DNA of 64,000 nucleotides from Bacteroides sp. (GTDB lineage Bacteria; Bacteroidota; Bacteroidia; Bacteroidales; Bacteroidaceae): NCBI RefSeq assembly GCF_017992695.1, contig NZ_JAGOOC010000001.1; one strand, 5' to 3'. Shown piece by piece: positions 20,077 to 29,680 of this stretch (position 1 is its first letter; each line of letters starts with the position of its first letter). The notes under the pieces were generated by a model. It saw only the letters and a program-made list of their open reading frames with translations, ran no database searches and was not told where the DNA came from. The position numbers and the translations under genes were made by a program.

Positions 20077-20529
20077 ATGAGAATAATCATACAACGCGTG
20101 AGTCGCGCTTCGGTCACCATTGACAATCAATGCAAATCAGCCATTGGCTACGGTATGCTGATACTCGTAGGTATCGAGCAAGCGGATAATGCAGAGGATA
20201 TTGAATGGCTATGCAAGAAAATCGTCAACCTTCGCATCTTCGATGATGAGAATGGAGTCATGAACAAATCGATCCTCGAAACAGATGGAGAGATACTGGT
20301 TATCAGTCAGTTTACACTCCACGCATCGACTAAAAAGGGAAACCGTCCCTCTTACATCAAGGCAGCAAAGCCGGAGCTCTCGATCCCCCTTTACGAGCAA
20401 TTTTGTGAAACACTAAGCACCGCCTTGGGCAAAAGCATTGGCAGAGGTGAGTTTGGCGCAGATATGAAGGTAGAATTATTGAATGATGGTCCGGTAACTA
20501 TCTGCATGGATACTAAAAGCAAAGAATAA
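20077..20529 (+). CDS. dtd: D-aminoacyl-tRNA deacylase
   Basis: IQRVSRASV, SQFTL and NDGPVT; -7 box at 20048-20055. Confidence 0.97.
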   Translation: MRIIIQRVSRASVTIDNQCKSAIGYGMLILVGIEQADNAEDIEWLCKKIVNLRIFDDENGVMNKSILETDGEILVISQFTLHASTKKGNRPSYIKAAKPELSIPLYEQFCETLSTALGKSIGRGEFGADMKVELLNDGPVTICMDTKSKE

Positions 20530-20867
20530 TGACACTGGAAGAGGCTCAAAAACAAGTTGATACGTGGATTAAGCAATATGGAGTGCGCTATTTTAGCGAG
20601 CTCACCAACATGGCTATTCTTACCGAAGAGGTAGGTGAGTTGGCTCGAATTATAGCCCGTAAGTATGGCGATCAATCTTTTAAAGAGGGAGAGAAAGACA
20701 ACATCGCCGACGAGTTGACAGACGTGCTTTGGGTGCTACTCTGCATCGCCAACCAAACCGGAGTAGACTTGACGGAAGCCTTCGCTCGTAACCTAGAGAA
20801 AAAAACGCAAAGAGATAATAAAAGACATATAAACAACCCCAAATTGAGTGAACATGGAGAAGAATGA
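20529..20867 (+). CDS. MazG-like nucleotide pyrophosphohydrolase (YpjD-like)
   Basis: LTEEVGELAR and ELTDVLW motifs. Confidence 0.9.
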   Translation: MTLEEAQKQVDTWIKQYGVRYFSELTNMAILTEEVGELARIIARKYGDQSFKEGEKDNIADELTDVLWVLLCIANQTGVDLTEAFARNLEKKTQRDNKRHINNPKLSEHGEE

Positions 20868-21756
20868 CACCAATCAAAACAGGTATTTAGCCACCTTGGC
20901 CAAATACAACACCCAGCTAGACGACGCCAAGGTGCAGGCTCAGGTATTGGCTCTTATCGAAAAGAAAGTGCCGGAAAACAACAATGAAGAGGTGAAAAAA
21001 TTCCTTTTCAACTGCATTGATTTAACCACGTTAAACAGCACTGATAGTGATGAAAGCGTGATGCATTTTACCGAAAAGGTAAATCTGTTCGACACTGAGT
21101 ATCCCGATTTGAAGAACGTCGCAGCGATCTGCGTATATCCTAACTTTGCTGAGGTGGTGAAAGACACCTTAGAGGTGGACGGCGTTAAGATCGCGTGTGT
21201 TTCGGCCGGTTTCCCCTCTTCACAGACGTTTATTGAAGTGAAAATAGCCGAGACTGCCATGGCCATAATGGAAGGCGCAGACGAGATTGATATCGTTATC
21301 TCGATCGGAAAATTCTTAAGTGGAGATTACGAAACGATGTGCGAAGAGATTCAAGAGCTAAAGGATGTTTGTAAAGAGAATCACCTCAAGGTAATACTCG
21401 AAACAGGTGAGTTAAAGAGTGCCAGCAACATCAAGAAAGCCTCTATCCTATCGATGTATGCAGGAGCCGACTTCATCAAGACATCGACCGGAAAACAACA
21501 GCCTGCTGCTACCGTAGAGGCTGCTTATGTGATGTGTCAAGCGATCAAAGAGTACCACGAACACACAGGCCGCAAAATTGGTTTCAAACCTGCAGGAGGC
21601 ATCAACACAGTAAACGATGCGTTGGCTTATTACACCATCGTGAAAGAGGTATTGGGCAAGGAGTGGCTTACGAATGAGTTGTTCCGCTTAGGAACCAGCA
21701 GATTGGCCAACTTGCTCTTGTCAGAGATTAAAGGTGAGGAGATTAAGTTCTTTTAA
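20848..21756 (+). CDS. deoC: Deoxyribose-phosphate aldolase
   Basis: IDLTTL, GADEIDIV, LKVILETG, DFIKTSTGK and GFKPAGG. Confidence 0.96.
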   Translation: MNMEKNDTNQNRYLATLAKYNTQLDDAKVQAQVLALIEKKVPENNNEEVKKFLFNCIDLTTLNSTDSDESVMHFTEKVNLFDTEYPDLKNVAAICVYPNFAEVVKDTLEVDGVKIACVSAGFPSSQTFIEVKIAETAMAIMEGADEIDIVISIGKFLSGDYETMCEEIQELKDVCKENHLKVILETGELKSASNIKKASILSMYAGADFIKTSTGKQQPAATVEAAYVMCQAIKEYHEHTGRKIGFKPAGGINTVNDALAYYTIVKEVLGKEWLTNELFRLGTSRLANLLLSEIKGEEIKFF

Positions 21757-21806
21757 TTGATAGGTTCAAAGTGCCAGCGTGGCTGGTAACATTAACAGCA
21801 ACAAAA

Positions 21807-21858
21807 AATTCGGGTCTGATAGGAACAAGTGTATAAACACCCCTATCAGACCCGAATT
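21807..21858. terminator. Bidirectional terminator-like hairpin between convergent deoC and ispB
   Basis: Perfect 17-bp inverted repeat AATTCGGGTCTGATAGG / CCTATCAGACCCGAATT. Confidence 0.8.
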
Positions 21859-22833
21859 CTATATATTTCTTTCGACTACATAATCCAAGTAAACCTCGAG
21901 TGCAGAACGCACCTCAGAGGGCGGAAAGGAGTGTAGAATGGCCAAAGCTTTTTCTTTGTATTCATCCATAACGCCGAATGCATAGTCAATGCCTCCATTT
22001 GCTTTCGTAAAGGCTACCAAACGCATAATCTCTTCGGCAGTTGCTGTTCCGCGCTTTACATCGGCTGCAATTTCTTTGACCCAAGGGTCGTCTGTTTTAT
22101 TCAAAACATGAAGCACGGGCAGGGTCAATTTGCCTTCGAGCATATCGTTTCCCGTAGGTTTTCCAATCTCTGCATCTTCAAAATAATCGAAAACATCATC
22201 TTTCACCTGAAAGCAAATACCGATGTACTCGCCAAACAAGCGTGATAATTCGACCTTTTCATCGCTAGCTCCTACCGACAAAGCACCCACTTTAGTGCAT
22301 GAAGCAAAGAGTGCAGCTGTCTTTTTGCGAATGACATCAAAATATATTGATTCCGAAAATTCAGGATTAGAGACATTAGACAGTTGAAGAATCTCTCCTT
22401 CAGCAAGGTCTTGCCCCAAGCGGGAGATGACATTGATAATAGAGTGGCTCATCGTGCGCCCGGCATATACCAAGCTCGTAGCAAGCAGGAAATCGCCTAC
22501 CAATACGGAAGCTTTATTATTAAAAATCGCATTGACAGAGAGCTGTCCGCGACGCTCCGTGCTCTCATCAACCACGTCATCGTGCACTAAGCTGGCGGTA
22601 TGTAATAACTCTAAGGAAACGGCTGCGTAAAGTGTTTCTGGCTGAACATGGCCGTGCAGACGAGATACGAGCAGGACGAGAATAGGGCGCATCATTTTCC
22701 CATTCCTCTGCCGAATGTGTTCAATCACACTATTCAGCAAAAGATTTGAACTAGACAGAGAACTATTGAACAGTTTTCTGAATTCACCTAGTTCATCAAC
22801 AATCGGGGATTTTATGAGCGACAAGCAGTCCAT
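21859..22833 (-). CDS. ispB: Polyprenyl diphosphate synthase (octaprenyl-PP synthase-like)
   Basis: GKMMRP, first Asp-rich motif LVHDDVVD, second motif FQVKDD, GKPTGND. Confidence 0.92.
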   Translation of the reverse strand: MDCLSLIKSPIVDELGEFRKLFNSSLSSSNLLLNSVIEHIRQRNGKMMRPILVLLVSRLHGHVQPETLYAAVSLELLHTASLVHDDVVDESTERRGQLSVNAIFNNKASVLVGDFLLATSLVYAGRTMSHSIINVISRLGQDLAEGEILQLSNVSNPEFSESIYFDVIRKKTAALFASCTKVGALSVGASDEKVELSRLFGEYIGICFQVKDDVFDYFEDAEIGKPTGNDMLEGKLTLPVLHVLNKTDDPWVKEIAADVKRGTATAEEIMRLVAFTKANGGIDYAFGVMDEYKEKALAILHSFPPSEVRSALEVYLDYVVERNI

Positions 22834-22919
22834 TGAAACTCTATTTTGACCACAAAAGTAATAATAAAACGATTAATACGGTATTTTTTTGTACTTTTAC
22901 CATGAAAAAACAATCAAAT

Positions 22920-25730
22920 ATGGATCAAAACAGCAAACTTTTCCTTTTAGATGCCTACGCACTCATTTATAGGGCCTATTATGCCTTCATTAAAAATCCG
23001 CGTACCAACTCGAAAGGATTCAATACATCGGCCGTATTAGGCTTTGTCAACACACTCGAGGAGGTGCTGAAAAAGGAGAATCCGACCCACATTGGGATCG
23101 CTTTCGATCCGCCCGGCCCTACCTTTCGACACGATGCTTATGAACATTATAAAGCACAACGCGAAGAGACCCCCGAAGACATTCGTTTTTCTGTACCAAT
23201 TATAAAAAAGATTATCCGCGCCTATCGCATCCCCATCTTGGAGGTACCAGGCTACGAAGCCGATGATGTGATCGGTACGTTGGCCACCGAGGCAGGGCTA
23301 CAGGGCATCACCACCTTTATGATGACCCCCGACAAGGATTACGGACAATTGGTCACCGATCGGGTGTTTATGTATCGCCCTAAATATGGTGATAAAGAAT
23401 TTGAAGTGTTGGGCGTGGAACAGGTAAAGGCCAAGTTTGATATCCAGTCGCCTGCTCAGGTCATCGACATGCTTGGATTGATGGGCGATTCTTCGGATAA
23501 CATTCCCGGTTGCCCCGGTGTTGGAGAGAAGACCGCACAAAAGCTTGTGGCCGAATTTGGCAACATCGAAAATTTGTTAGCTCACACCGATCAACTAAAA
23601 GGAGCATTGAAAACAAAAGTAGAAGCTAATCGCGAGATGATTACTTTCTCCAAGTTTCTGGCAACCATCAAAACAGATGTTCCCATTAAGCTTGACATGA
23701 AAGCACTCGTTCGCGAACAAGCAGACGAGGAGACACTGCGTACTATTTTTGAGGAGATGGAGTTTCGTGCATTGGCCGAACGCATTTTCAAAAAAGAGAG
23801 CCAACCCCTCTCCTCTTCGGCAGCCGGTCCGCTGTTTGCACAAGCAAGCGGCCCAATTCAAGGTGATTTGTTTGCAGAAATTATGACCGATGGACAAGGC
23901 GATGAGAAAAAATCGACTCTACAGACGTTAGATTCACTGCCCTATGACTATCAACTAATTGATACACAGGAGAAAAGAAGCGAAATTATTCAAAAGTTAC
24001 TTACATCCGAAATTCTTGCGTTAGATACCGAAACAACTGGAACTGACCCAATGAGCGCTGAGTTGGTAGGAATGAGCTTCTCCATAGTCGAAAACCAAGC
24101 ATTCTATGTTCCTGTGCCTGCCGAACGTGAAGAAGCCTTAAAAATCTTAAATGAGTTCCGCCCGCTGTTTGAAAACGAGCATTCATTAAAAGTTGGACAA
24201 AATATCAAATACGATCTACTCGTTCTTCAAAACATGGGCATCGAAGTAAAAGGTCGGCTTTTCGATACGATGGTAGCGCACTATGTGCTCCAACCCGAAT
24301 TGAGACACAACATGGATTATCTGGCCGAAATCTATCTTCGCTACCAAACGATTCCTATTGAGGAGCTGATCGGGGGCAAAGGGAAGAATCAAGGAAACAT
24401 GCGCGACCTCAACCCGAAAGATGTTTATCTATACGCCTGCGAAGATGCCGACGTTACGCTAAAGTTAAAGAACATCCTCGAAAAGGAGTTAAAGGAGAAC
24501 GATGCCGAGCAATTGTTTTATGAAATAGAGATGCCGCTGATTCCTGTGTTGGCTCATATTGAAAGTAACGGCATGCTGCTCGACACGGAGGCCTTGAAAC
24601 AGTCGTCGGACTATTTCACAGCCAAAATAAAACTCATTGAACAGGAGATTTACGCACTGGCTGACGGAGAGTTCAACATCGCATCGCCCAAGCAGGTAGG
24701 CGAGGTGCTGTTCGACAAACTAAAGATTGTAGACAAGGCAAAAAAAACAAAGACCGGCCAATACGTGACCTCGGAAGAGGTGCTCGAAAGCATGCGTCAT
24801 AAACATGAGATTGTAGAAAAGATCCTGGAGCACCGCGGTTTAAAAAAACTGTTGGGCACCTACATTGATGCCCTACCGCTGCTAATCAACCCCCGAACCG
24901 GTCGCGTACATACGTCGTTCAACCAAACCGTCACTGCTACGGGCCGATTAAGTTCGAGCAACCCGAATCTACAAAACATTCCTATTCGCGATGAAAATGG
25001 AAAAGAGATTCGAAAAGCATTTATCCCCGACGAGGGTTCTCTTTTCTTCTCGGCAGACTACTCGCAGATAGAACTGCGCATCATGGCACACCTGAGCGAA
25101 GACAAGAACATGATCGACGCTTTCATGAGCGGACATGATATTCATACAGCCACTGCAGCGAAAATATACAAAATACCACTAAACGAAGTGAATGCTGACA
25201 TGCGTCGTAAAGCGAAAACAGCCAACTTCGGAATCATCTACGGTATTTCGATCTTCGGATTGGCCGAACGAATGAATGTGGATCGGAAAGAGGCAAAAGA
25301 ACTTATCGATGGTTATTTCGAAACTTATCCTCAAGTAAAAACCTATATGGATAAGAGCATCGAGGTGGCCCGCGAAAAGGGGTATGTAGAAACGGTTTTT
25401 CATCGAAAACGCTTCCTGCCCGATATCAATTCGCGAAATGCAGTAGTGCGTGGTTATGCGGAACGGAATGCCATCAACGCTCCTATTCAAGGCAGTGCGG
25501 CAGACATCATCAAAGTAGCCATGGTACGCATTTATGAACGATTCCGGCGCGAGAACATCCAAGCAAAGATGATCCTTCAGGTGCACGATGAACTTAACTT
25601 CAGCGTTCCGCTCCCTGAGCATGAACAAGTAGAGCATATTGTCATCACCGAGATGGAAAATGCCTATCGCATGCACGTGCCTTTGAAGGCCGATTGTGGA
25701 TGGGGAAAGAACTGGTTGGAGGCTCATTGA
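22920..25730 (+). CDS. polA: DNA polymerase I
   Basis: 5'-3' exonuclease (LLDAYALIYRAYYA), 3'-5' exonuclease (DTETTG) and polymerase motifs ADYSQIELR, RRKAKTANFGIIYG, QVHDEL; probable start MDQNS at 22920. Confidence 0.98.
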   Translation: MDQNSKLFLLDAYALIYRAYYAFIKNPRTNSKGFNTSAVLGFVNTLEEVLKKENPTHIGIAFDPPGPTFRHDAYEHYKAQREETPEDIRFSVPIIKKIIRAYRIPILEVPGYEADDVIGTLATEAGLQGITTFMMTPDKDYGQLVTDRVFMYRPKYGDKEFEVLGVEQVKAKFDIQSPAQVIDMLGLMGDSSDNIPGCPGVGEKTAQKLVAEFGNIENLLAHTDQLKGALKTKVEANREMITFSKFLATIKTDVPIKLDMKALVREQADEETLRTIFEEMEFRALAERIFKKESQPLSSSAAGPLFAQASGPIQGDLFAEIMTDGQGDEKKSTLQTLDSLPYDYQLIDTQEKRSEIIQKLLTSEILALDTETTGTDPMSAELVGMSFSIVENQAFYVPVPAEREEALKILNEFRPLFENEHSLKVGQNIKYDLLVLQNMGIEVKGRLFDTMVAHYVLQPELRHNMDYLAEIYLRYQTIPIEELIGGKGKNQGNMRDLNPKDVYLYACEDADVTLKLKNILEKELKENDAEQLFYEIEMPLIPVLAHIESNGMLLDTEALKQSSDYFTAKIKLIEQEIYALADGEFNIASPKQVGEVLFDKLKIVDKAKKTKTGQYVTSEEVLESMRHKHEIVEKILEHRGLKKLLGTYIDALPLLINPRTGRVHTSFNQTVTATGRLSSSNPNLQNIPIRDENGKEIRKAFIPDEGSLFFSADYSQIELRIMAHLSEDKNMIDAFMSGHDIHTATAAKIYKIPLNEVNADMRRKAKTANFGIIYGISIFGLAERMNVDRKEAKELIDGYFETYPQVKTYMDKSIEVAREKGYVETVFHRKRFLPDINSRNAVVRGYAERNAINAPIQGSAADIIKVAMVRIYERFRRENIQAKMILQVHDELNFSVPLPEHEQVEHIVITEMENAYRMHVPLKADCGWGKNWLEAH

Positions 25731-25768
25731 TGCAGTAAGTTTATTTAACTATATATATAAAAAGCTAT

Positions 25769-25804
25769 GAAAGCAGATTGTTGTTATACATCTTGCTTTC
25801 TTGT
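25769..25804 (+). terminator. Possible polA terminator hairpin
   Basis: GAAAGCA...TGCTTTC stem followed by TTGT. Confidence 0.45.
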
Positions 25805-25824
25805 ATGAGGATGTGTCGAAAAAT

Positions 25825-25871
25825 TAAAGTGAACCCAAAAAGTTTTTGTCTAACTTTCGGGGTTCACTTCA
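25825..25871. mobile_element. 47-bp IS3-family-like end scar (left and right terminal IRs, interior deleted)
   Basis: TAAAGTGAACCCAAAAAGTT...TGTCTAACTTTCGGGGTTCACTTCA; ends match TG...CA-type IRs; no transposase. Confidence 0.6.
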
Positions 25872-26331
25872 TATTCAGGCCTTACCCAGATGGGTTTATC
25901 CCGAGAAAACGGATAGCCATAGCTCCGTTTTTCTTCAGCCATGGGATTTGTACACCTACTCTACACAGATCAATATTTTTGTATCTGAGTATGACGACGG
26001 GCAGAGCATGAAAGAGGTACGCACCATTTTCAATCAATATGTAAACAAACTTGATGCCTACGGAGAAGCCGAAGGAAGTGGAACCAACAGTTCTATGAAA
26101 CAGGCTGGAGTCAAGATGGGATATGGGTATAACTTAATCAACACAAATACTTCGACTACAGAGATCAATTCTACAGTTGGTACAGATGATTTGGGTAATC
26201 TGACATTTAACTATAGCGACCCGGTTATTGTGGACGATTCACAGAAAAGCACAAAAGGATATAAAGTTTTTTCCGTAAAATCGGGTAATGCGGTAGAGGC
26301 GATATTATTACCTAAATCAGTTTATGAGTAG
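25872..26331 (+). pseudogene. 5'-truncated remnant of a larger hypothetical protein
   Basis: Protein-like open frame begins immediately at the IS-like scar, has no credible start or signal peptide, and ends in a normal stop. Confidence 0.6.
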
Positions 26332-26404
26332 GTGAAAGTAACCTAATAAATCATTCCGCTTCAACCAGACACAAGCTCCCTAAGCAAAATTTATCAACAA
26401 CAAA

Positions 26405-26436
26405 TTTGGATGTAAGTAAAGTGGGTATTACCTTTG
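26405..26436 (+). promoter_or_regulatory. Complete Bacteroidetes sigma-A promoter for the TPR-LuxR regulator
   Basis: TTTG at 26405-26408, 20-nt spacer, TACCTTTG at 26429-26436. Confidence 0.75.
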
Positions 26437-26475
26437 TAGCGAAAACAACAAATATTCAACATTCTGAACAAAGTA

Positions 26476-28458
26476 ATGAGTACAGCACGCTATAAGATCA
26501 TTCTATCTTTATTGATTTGTATAGAACTTTCACTTTCCTCTGTCTTTTCACAAACACCTGTCATTGATAATCTCAAAAGCACACTAGATCGACATATCCA
26601 GACAGACACCGCCAAGGTAAATTTGCTCAATAAACTGGCCTACGAACTCTTTACTTATGATGTAAAAAAAACGAAGAAGTATGCCGAGCAGTCACTAAGA
26701 ATGGCTATACAGCTCAACTACCCCAAAGGGAAAGCCGCCGCTTTATGCCTCGTTGGAATGACCTATAGCAAGAATGACCCTAACTTATCACTCACTTACT
26801 ACAAACAAGCGTTACAAATAGCAGAGCAGATAAATGACCAATCGGGTATCAGTACTTATCTAATGAGCATCGGCATTGCGAATAAAGCAGTGGGCAATAT
26901 TGAAGCGAGTAACAAAGCATACGATCAAGCGCTACAAATAGCTATTGCACTGAAAGATCAGTCGCAACAGATCAAATTACTGCACAATATTTCACTCAAC
27001 CGTTCAAGTATGGGTCAATATCCCGAAGCCGTAGAAAGTCTTCAAAAGATGATAGCTATGACAAGTAGAGTGGGCGACAAACTTATGTTATTGAAAGGAT
27101 ATTCAAGCATAGCTGTTATATACCAGCGTCAAGGAAATTCTCCTCAAGCACTCGAGCATTACCTTTCTGCTCTAAAAATAAGCGAACAATTAGATAAGAA
27201 ACAGAGTATTGCCAGCATTTTAATTAATATAGCAGGCATCCAGTCGGATCTGAACGAAAGTAAAACAGCACTCGAAACTCTTCATCGGGCCCAACAATTG
27301 GCTAAAGAGATGGGCGACTCGGCTATACTATCAAACTGCCTCACCAACATCGGCAATGTCTATAAAAAAATGAAGCATCCCAAGGCTTTACAGTATCTTC
27401 AAGAGGCACTTCAAATGGTAGGTGAAAAGAATATGGCTTTAAAAATCAACTTATTAATGAATATTGGTTCGATATATGCTGAAGAGAGTGAATTCGACAA
27501 AGCAGAGAAGAACTTAAATGAAGCGCTCGAAATGGCTCAGCACGCAAAAATTAAATACGCAGGCAGTGAAGCATTACAACTACTAGGCAACTTGTACTAC
27601 AAGAAAAAAGAGTATAAGCGCGCCATTGATTGTACAAAAGGCTCCTTACAGATAAGTAATGCGATCAACTATCTGGAAGTAAAGAAAGACAATTATAAAT
27701 TACTGTCTGACATCTATGCTGCAACCGGCAATTACAAAGAAGCCTACCAGAACCACACCCTATATAAACAACTGAATGACAGCGCTTTTAACGACAAGAA
27801 CGTTCGTAAGATAGCTCTCATGGAGAGTGCGTACAAATACGATAAAGAGAAGCAGAGGTATGAGATGGAGAAGGCGAATCAGCTACTAAAAATAACCAAT
27901 CAACACTATTTTATTCTCTTTCTTGGCATTGTCATTCTTCTGGTAATCATACTTTCGTATCAACTCTATCTCTCCAATCGATTGAAGAAGAAAGCACTCC
28001 GACTGGAAATTGATCAGATAAACAGTCAACTGGAGTACAGCCGTAAAGAGATGGCCTCGGCTACACTAAAACTTATACAAAGTTCCGAAAGCGATGCCTA
28101 TTGCATGAAAGTATTGAAAGGCATCGAGAATAACATCAACGAAGAAGGAGGGAAAAATGTACACTCGCTCATCAACTATTATCAGAACAAGTCAGTTTAC
28201 ACCAACTGGGAAGAGTTTGAAACGCTGTTTCTCAAAGTAAATTCGGACTTTTACGACAAGCTGAACGAACACTTCCCAACGCTTACACTCAACGAACGTA
28301 AACTATGTGTGTTCCTGAAACTAAATATGAGCAACAAAGATATTGCCCAAATCACTTTTCAGTCTGACGAGGCATTGAAGAAGGCGCGTATGCGCTTGCG
28401 CAAGAAATTCCAAATGGATCGCGACGAAAACTTGATCTCTTTCATACAAAATCTTTAA
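26476..28458 (+). CDS. Membrane-spanning TPR-repeat / LuxR-type HTH transcriptional regulator
   Basis: N-terminal signal segment, many TPR-like repeats, TM helix (YFILFLGIVILLVIILSY), coiled coil, C-terminal FPTLTLNERKLCVFLKLNMSNKDIA...KKARMRLRKK; no kinase motifs. Confidence 0.88.
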   Translation: MSTARYKIILSLLICIELSLSSVFSQTPVIDNLKSTLDRHIQTDTAKVNLLNKLAYELFTYDVKKTKKYAEQSLRMAIQLNYPKGKAAALCLVGMTYSKNDPNLSLTYYKQALQIAEQINDQSGISTYLMSIGIANKAVGNIEASNKAYDQALQIAIALKDQSQQIKLLHNISLNRSSMGQYPEAVESLQKMIAMTSRVGDKLMLLKGYSSIAVIYQRQGNSPQALEHYLSALKISEQLDKKQSIASILINIAGIQSDLNESKTALETLHRAQQLAKEMGDSAILSNCLTNIGNVYKKMKHPKALQYLQEALQMVGEKNMALKINLLMNIGSIYAEESEFDKAEKNLNEALEMAQHAKIKYAGSEALQLLGNLYYKKKEYKRAIDCTKGSLQISNAINYLEVKKDNYKLLSDIYAATGNYKEAYQNHTLYKQLNDSAFNDKNVRKIALMESAYKYDKEKQRYEMEKANQLLKITNQHYFILFLGIVILLVIILSYQLYLSNRLKKKALRLEIDQINSQLEYSRKEMASATLKLIQSSESDAYCMKVLKGIENNINEEGGKNVHSLINYYQNKSVYTNWEEFETLFLKVNSDFYDKLNEHFPTLTLNERKLCVFLKLNMSNKDIAQITFQSDEALKKARMRLRKKFQMDRDENLISFIQNL

Positions 28459-28589
28459 AAAGAAGCAATAGTAAAACTGCTACTCGGTAACATATAAAAT
28501 AATTTCGCTGTTTTTGCTTACCAAGAAAGTGAAAATGGAAAGTACTGATATTCGAAACTATAATTGATCAAGCGAAGGAAAATTTCGCT

Positions 28590-28647
28590 TGTCCACTTTT
28601 TGTCCCTCCCCATTTCTTTATACAACGACAATCATTATCTATGTTTG
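28590..28647 (+). promoter_or_regulatory. TGTCC direct repeat (11-bp period) upstream of a -7 element
   Basis: TGTCC at 28590 and 28601; TATGTTTG at 28640-28647 with no TTTG at the canonical -33 spacing. Confidence 0.5.
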
Positions 28648-28803
28648 TATCACAATCGGAAGAAGACTGCCTATACATTCTTTTATAAAATCCAGGTTAG
28701 TATTTTCTGAGAATTTGCGCTTCACTATTTATTTGTTTTAGGCTTAAAAGGGCTCTGGCCTTTGACAAATATTTATAAACAACAAACAAACAAAGAGTCC
28801 AGT

Positions 28804-29124
28804 ATGAAAATTAGTATGAAAAAAGTATTCGGTTTACTATTTATTGCAGCTGTAATGAGTAGCTGCGCAGTTGGCAAATCACCTATTGCCGGACTTGCTT
28901 ACACAGACATTAAAGACGGACTTACTGTAACCTCCAACACAGGTTCATCCAAAGTAGGTACAGCCAAAGCTGTAGGCTATGTAGGGCTGGTAGCTACAGG
29001 CGATGCGAGTATTGAAGCTGCTTCTAAACAAGCAGGTATTACCCGTGTTCAGCATGTAGACTATCAAACTACATCTATACTTGGCATTTATACAACTTAC
29101 ACGACTATTGTTTATGGGCAATAA
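28804..29124 (+). CDS. TRL-like family small lipoprotein
   Basis: Lipobox VMSSC; GLVATGDASIEAASKQAGITRVQHVDY...SILGIY..TIVYG pattern typical of TRL-like proteins; start at 28804 or 28816. Confidence 0.8.
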   Translation: MKISMKKVFGLLFIAAVMSSCAVGKSPIAGLAYTDIKDGLTVTSNTGSSKVGTAKAVGYVGLVATGDASIEAASKQAGITRVQHVDYQTTSILGIYTTYTTIVYGQ

Positions 29125-29632
29125 TCAGATACAAACATACATTGTATCATTGTTATTTTGCGTATTCTGCCTGTCACTGTACGGGCAGAATATCAAAAAA
29201 AACTACGTCATTAAAATACAGGAACAGGGAAATCTTTATCATTTTTTGCCTATCGCCTTATTTGAAGACACCAATGGAGAGAGGTTAGTGTATGACCTTA
29301 CGTATACGACTTGGAATGATAGCATAATGATGAACTTTACCTTTATAAAAACGGAGCCTTTATTGATTGATTCCATAAGATATATTTCGGGAAACATCAG
29401 CATTGAAGGAAGCGTCGATAAACTTTATATAGAACCAACTGCTAAGAAATGGACGCACAGATACTCCTTAGTGAGTAAAGCCGATGATTTCTTCCAACTA
29501 TACAACTCCAGCACTACTCCCAAGATACTTATTTACTCGAATGGTATAGCACACCATTATCATGTAAATAAGTCAAATTGGAGTAAGTATGTGCCAATAG
29601 GGCAAAAGATTTTCAAAATGACACGTTTGTAA
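29114..29632 (+). CDS. Hypothetical secreted protein, translationally coupled to the TRL-like gene
   Basis: ATG at 29114 overlaps the TRL-like stop; signal peptide ending SLYG; beta-rich mature region. Confidence 0.75.
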   Translation: MGNNQIQTYIVSLLFCVFCLSLYGQNIKKNYVIKIQEQGNLYHFLPIALFEDTNGERLVYDLTYTTWNDSIMMNFTFIKTEPLLIDSIRYISGNISIEGSVDKLYIEPTAKKWTHRYSLVSKADDFFQLYNSSTTPKILIYSNGIAHHYHVNKSNWSKYVPIGQKIFKMTRL

Positions 29633-29680
29633 AATACAATTATTCTATATCCTATTTTTAACTACTAATACGCATGAGTC

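Noticed and set aside
25778-26011. 77-aa ORF containing KSFCLTFGVHF
   Set aside because: It reads through the IS-like inverted-repeat scar and is likely an artefact
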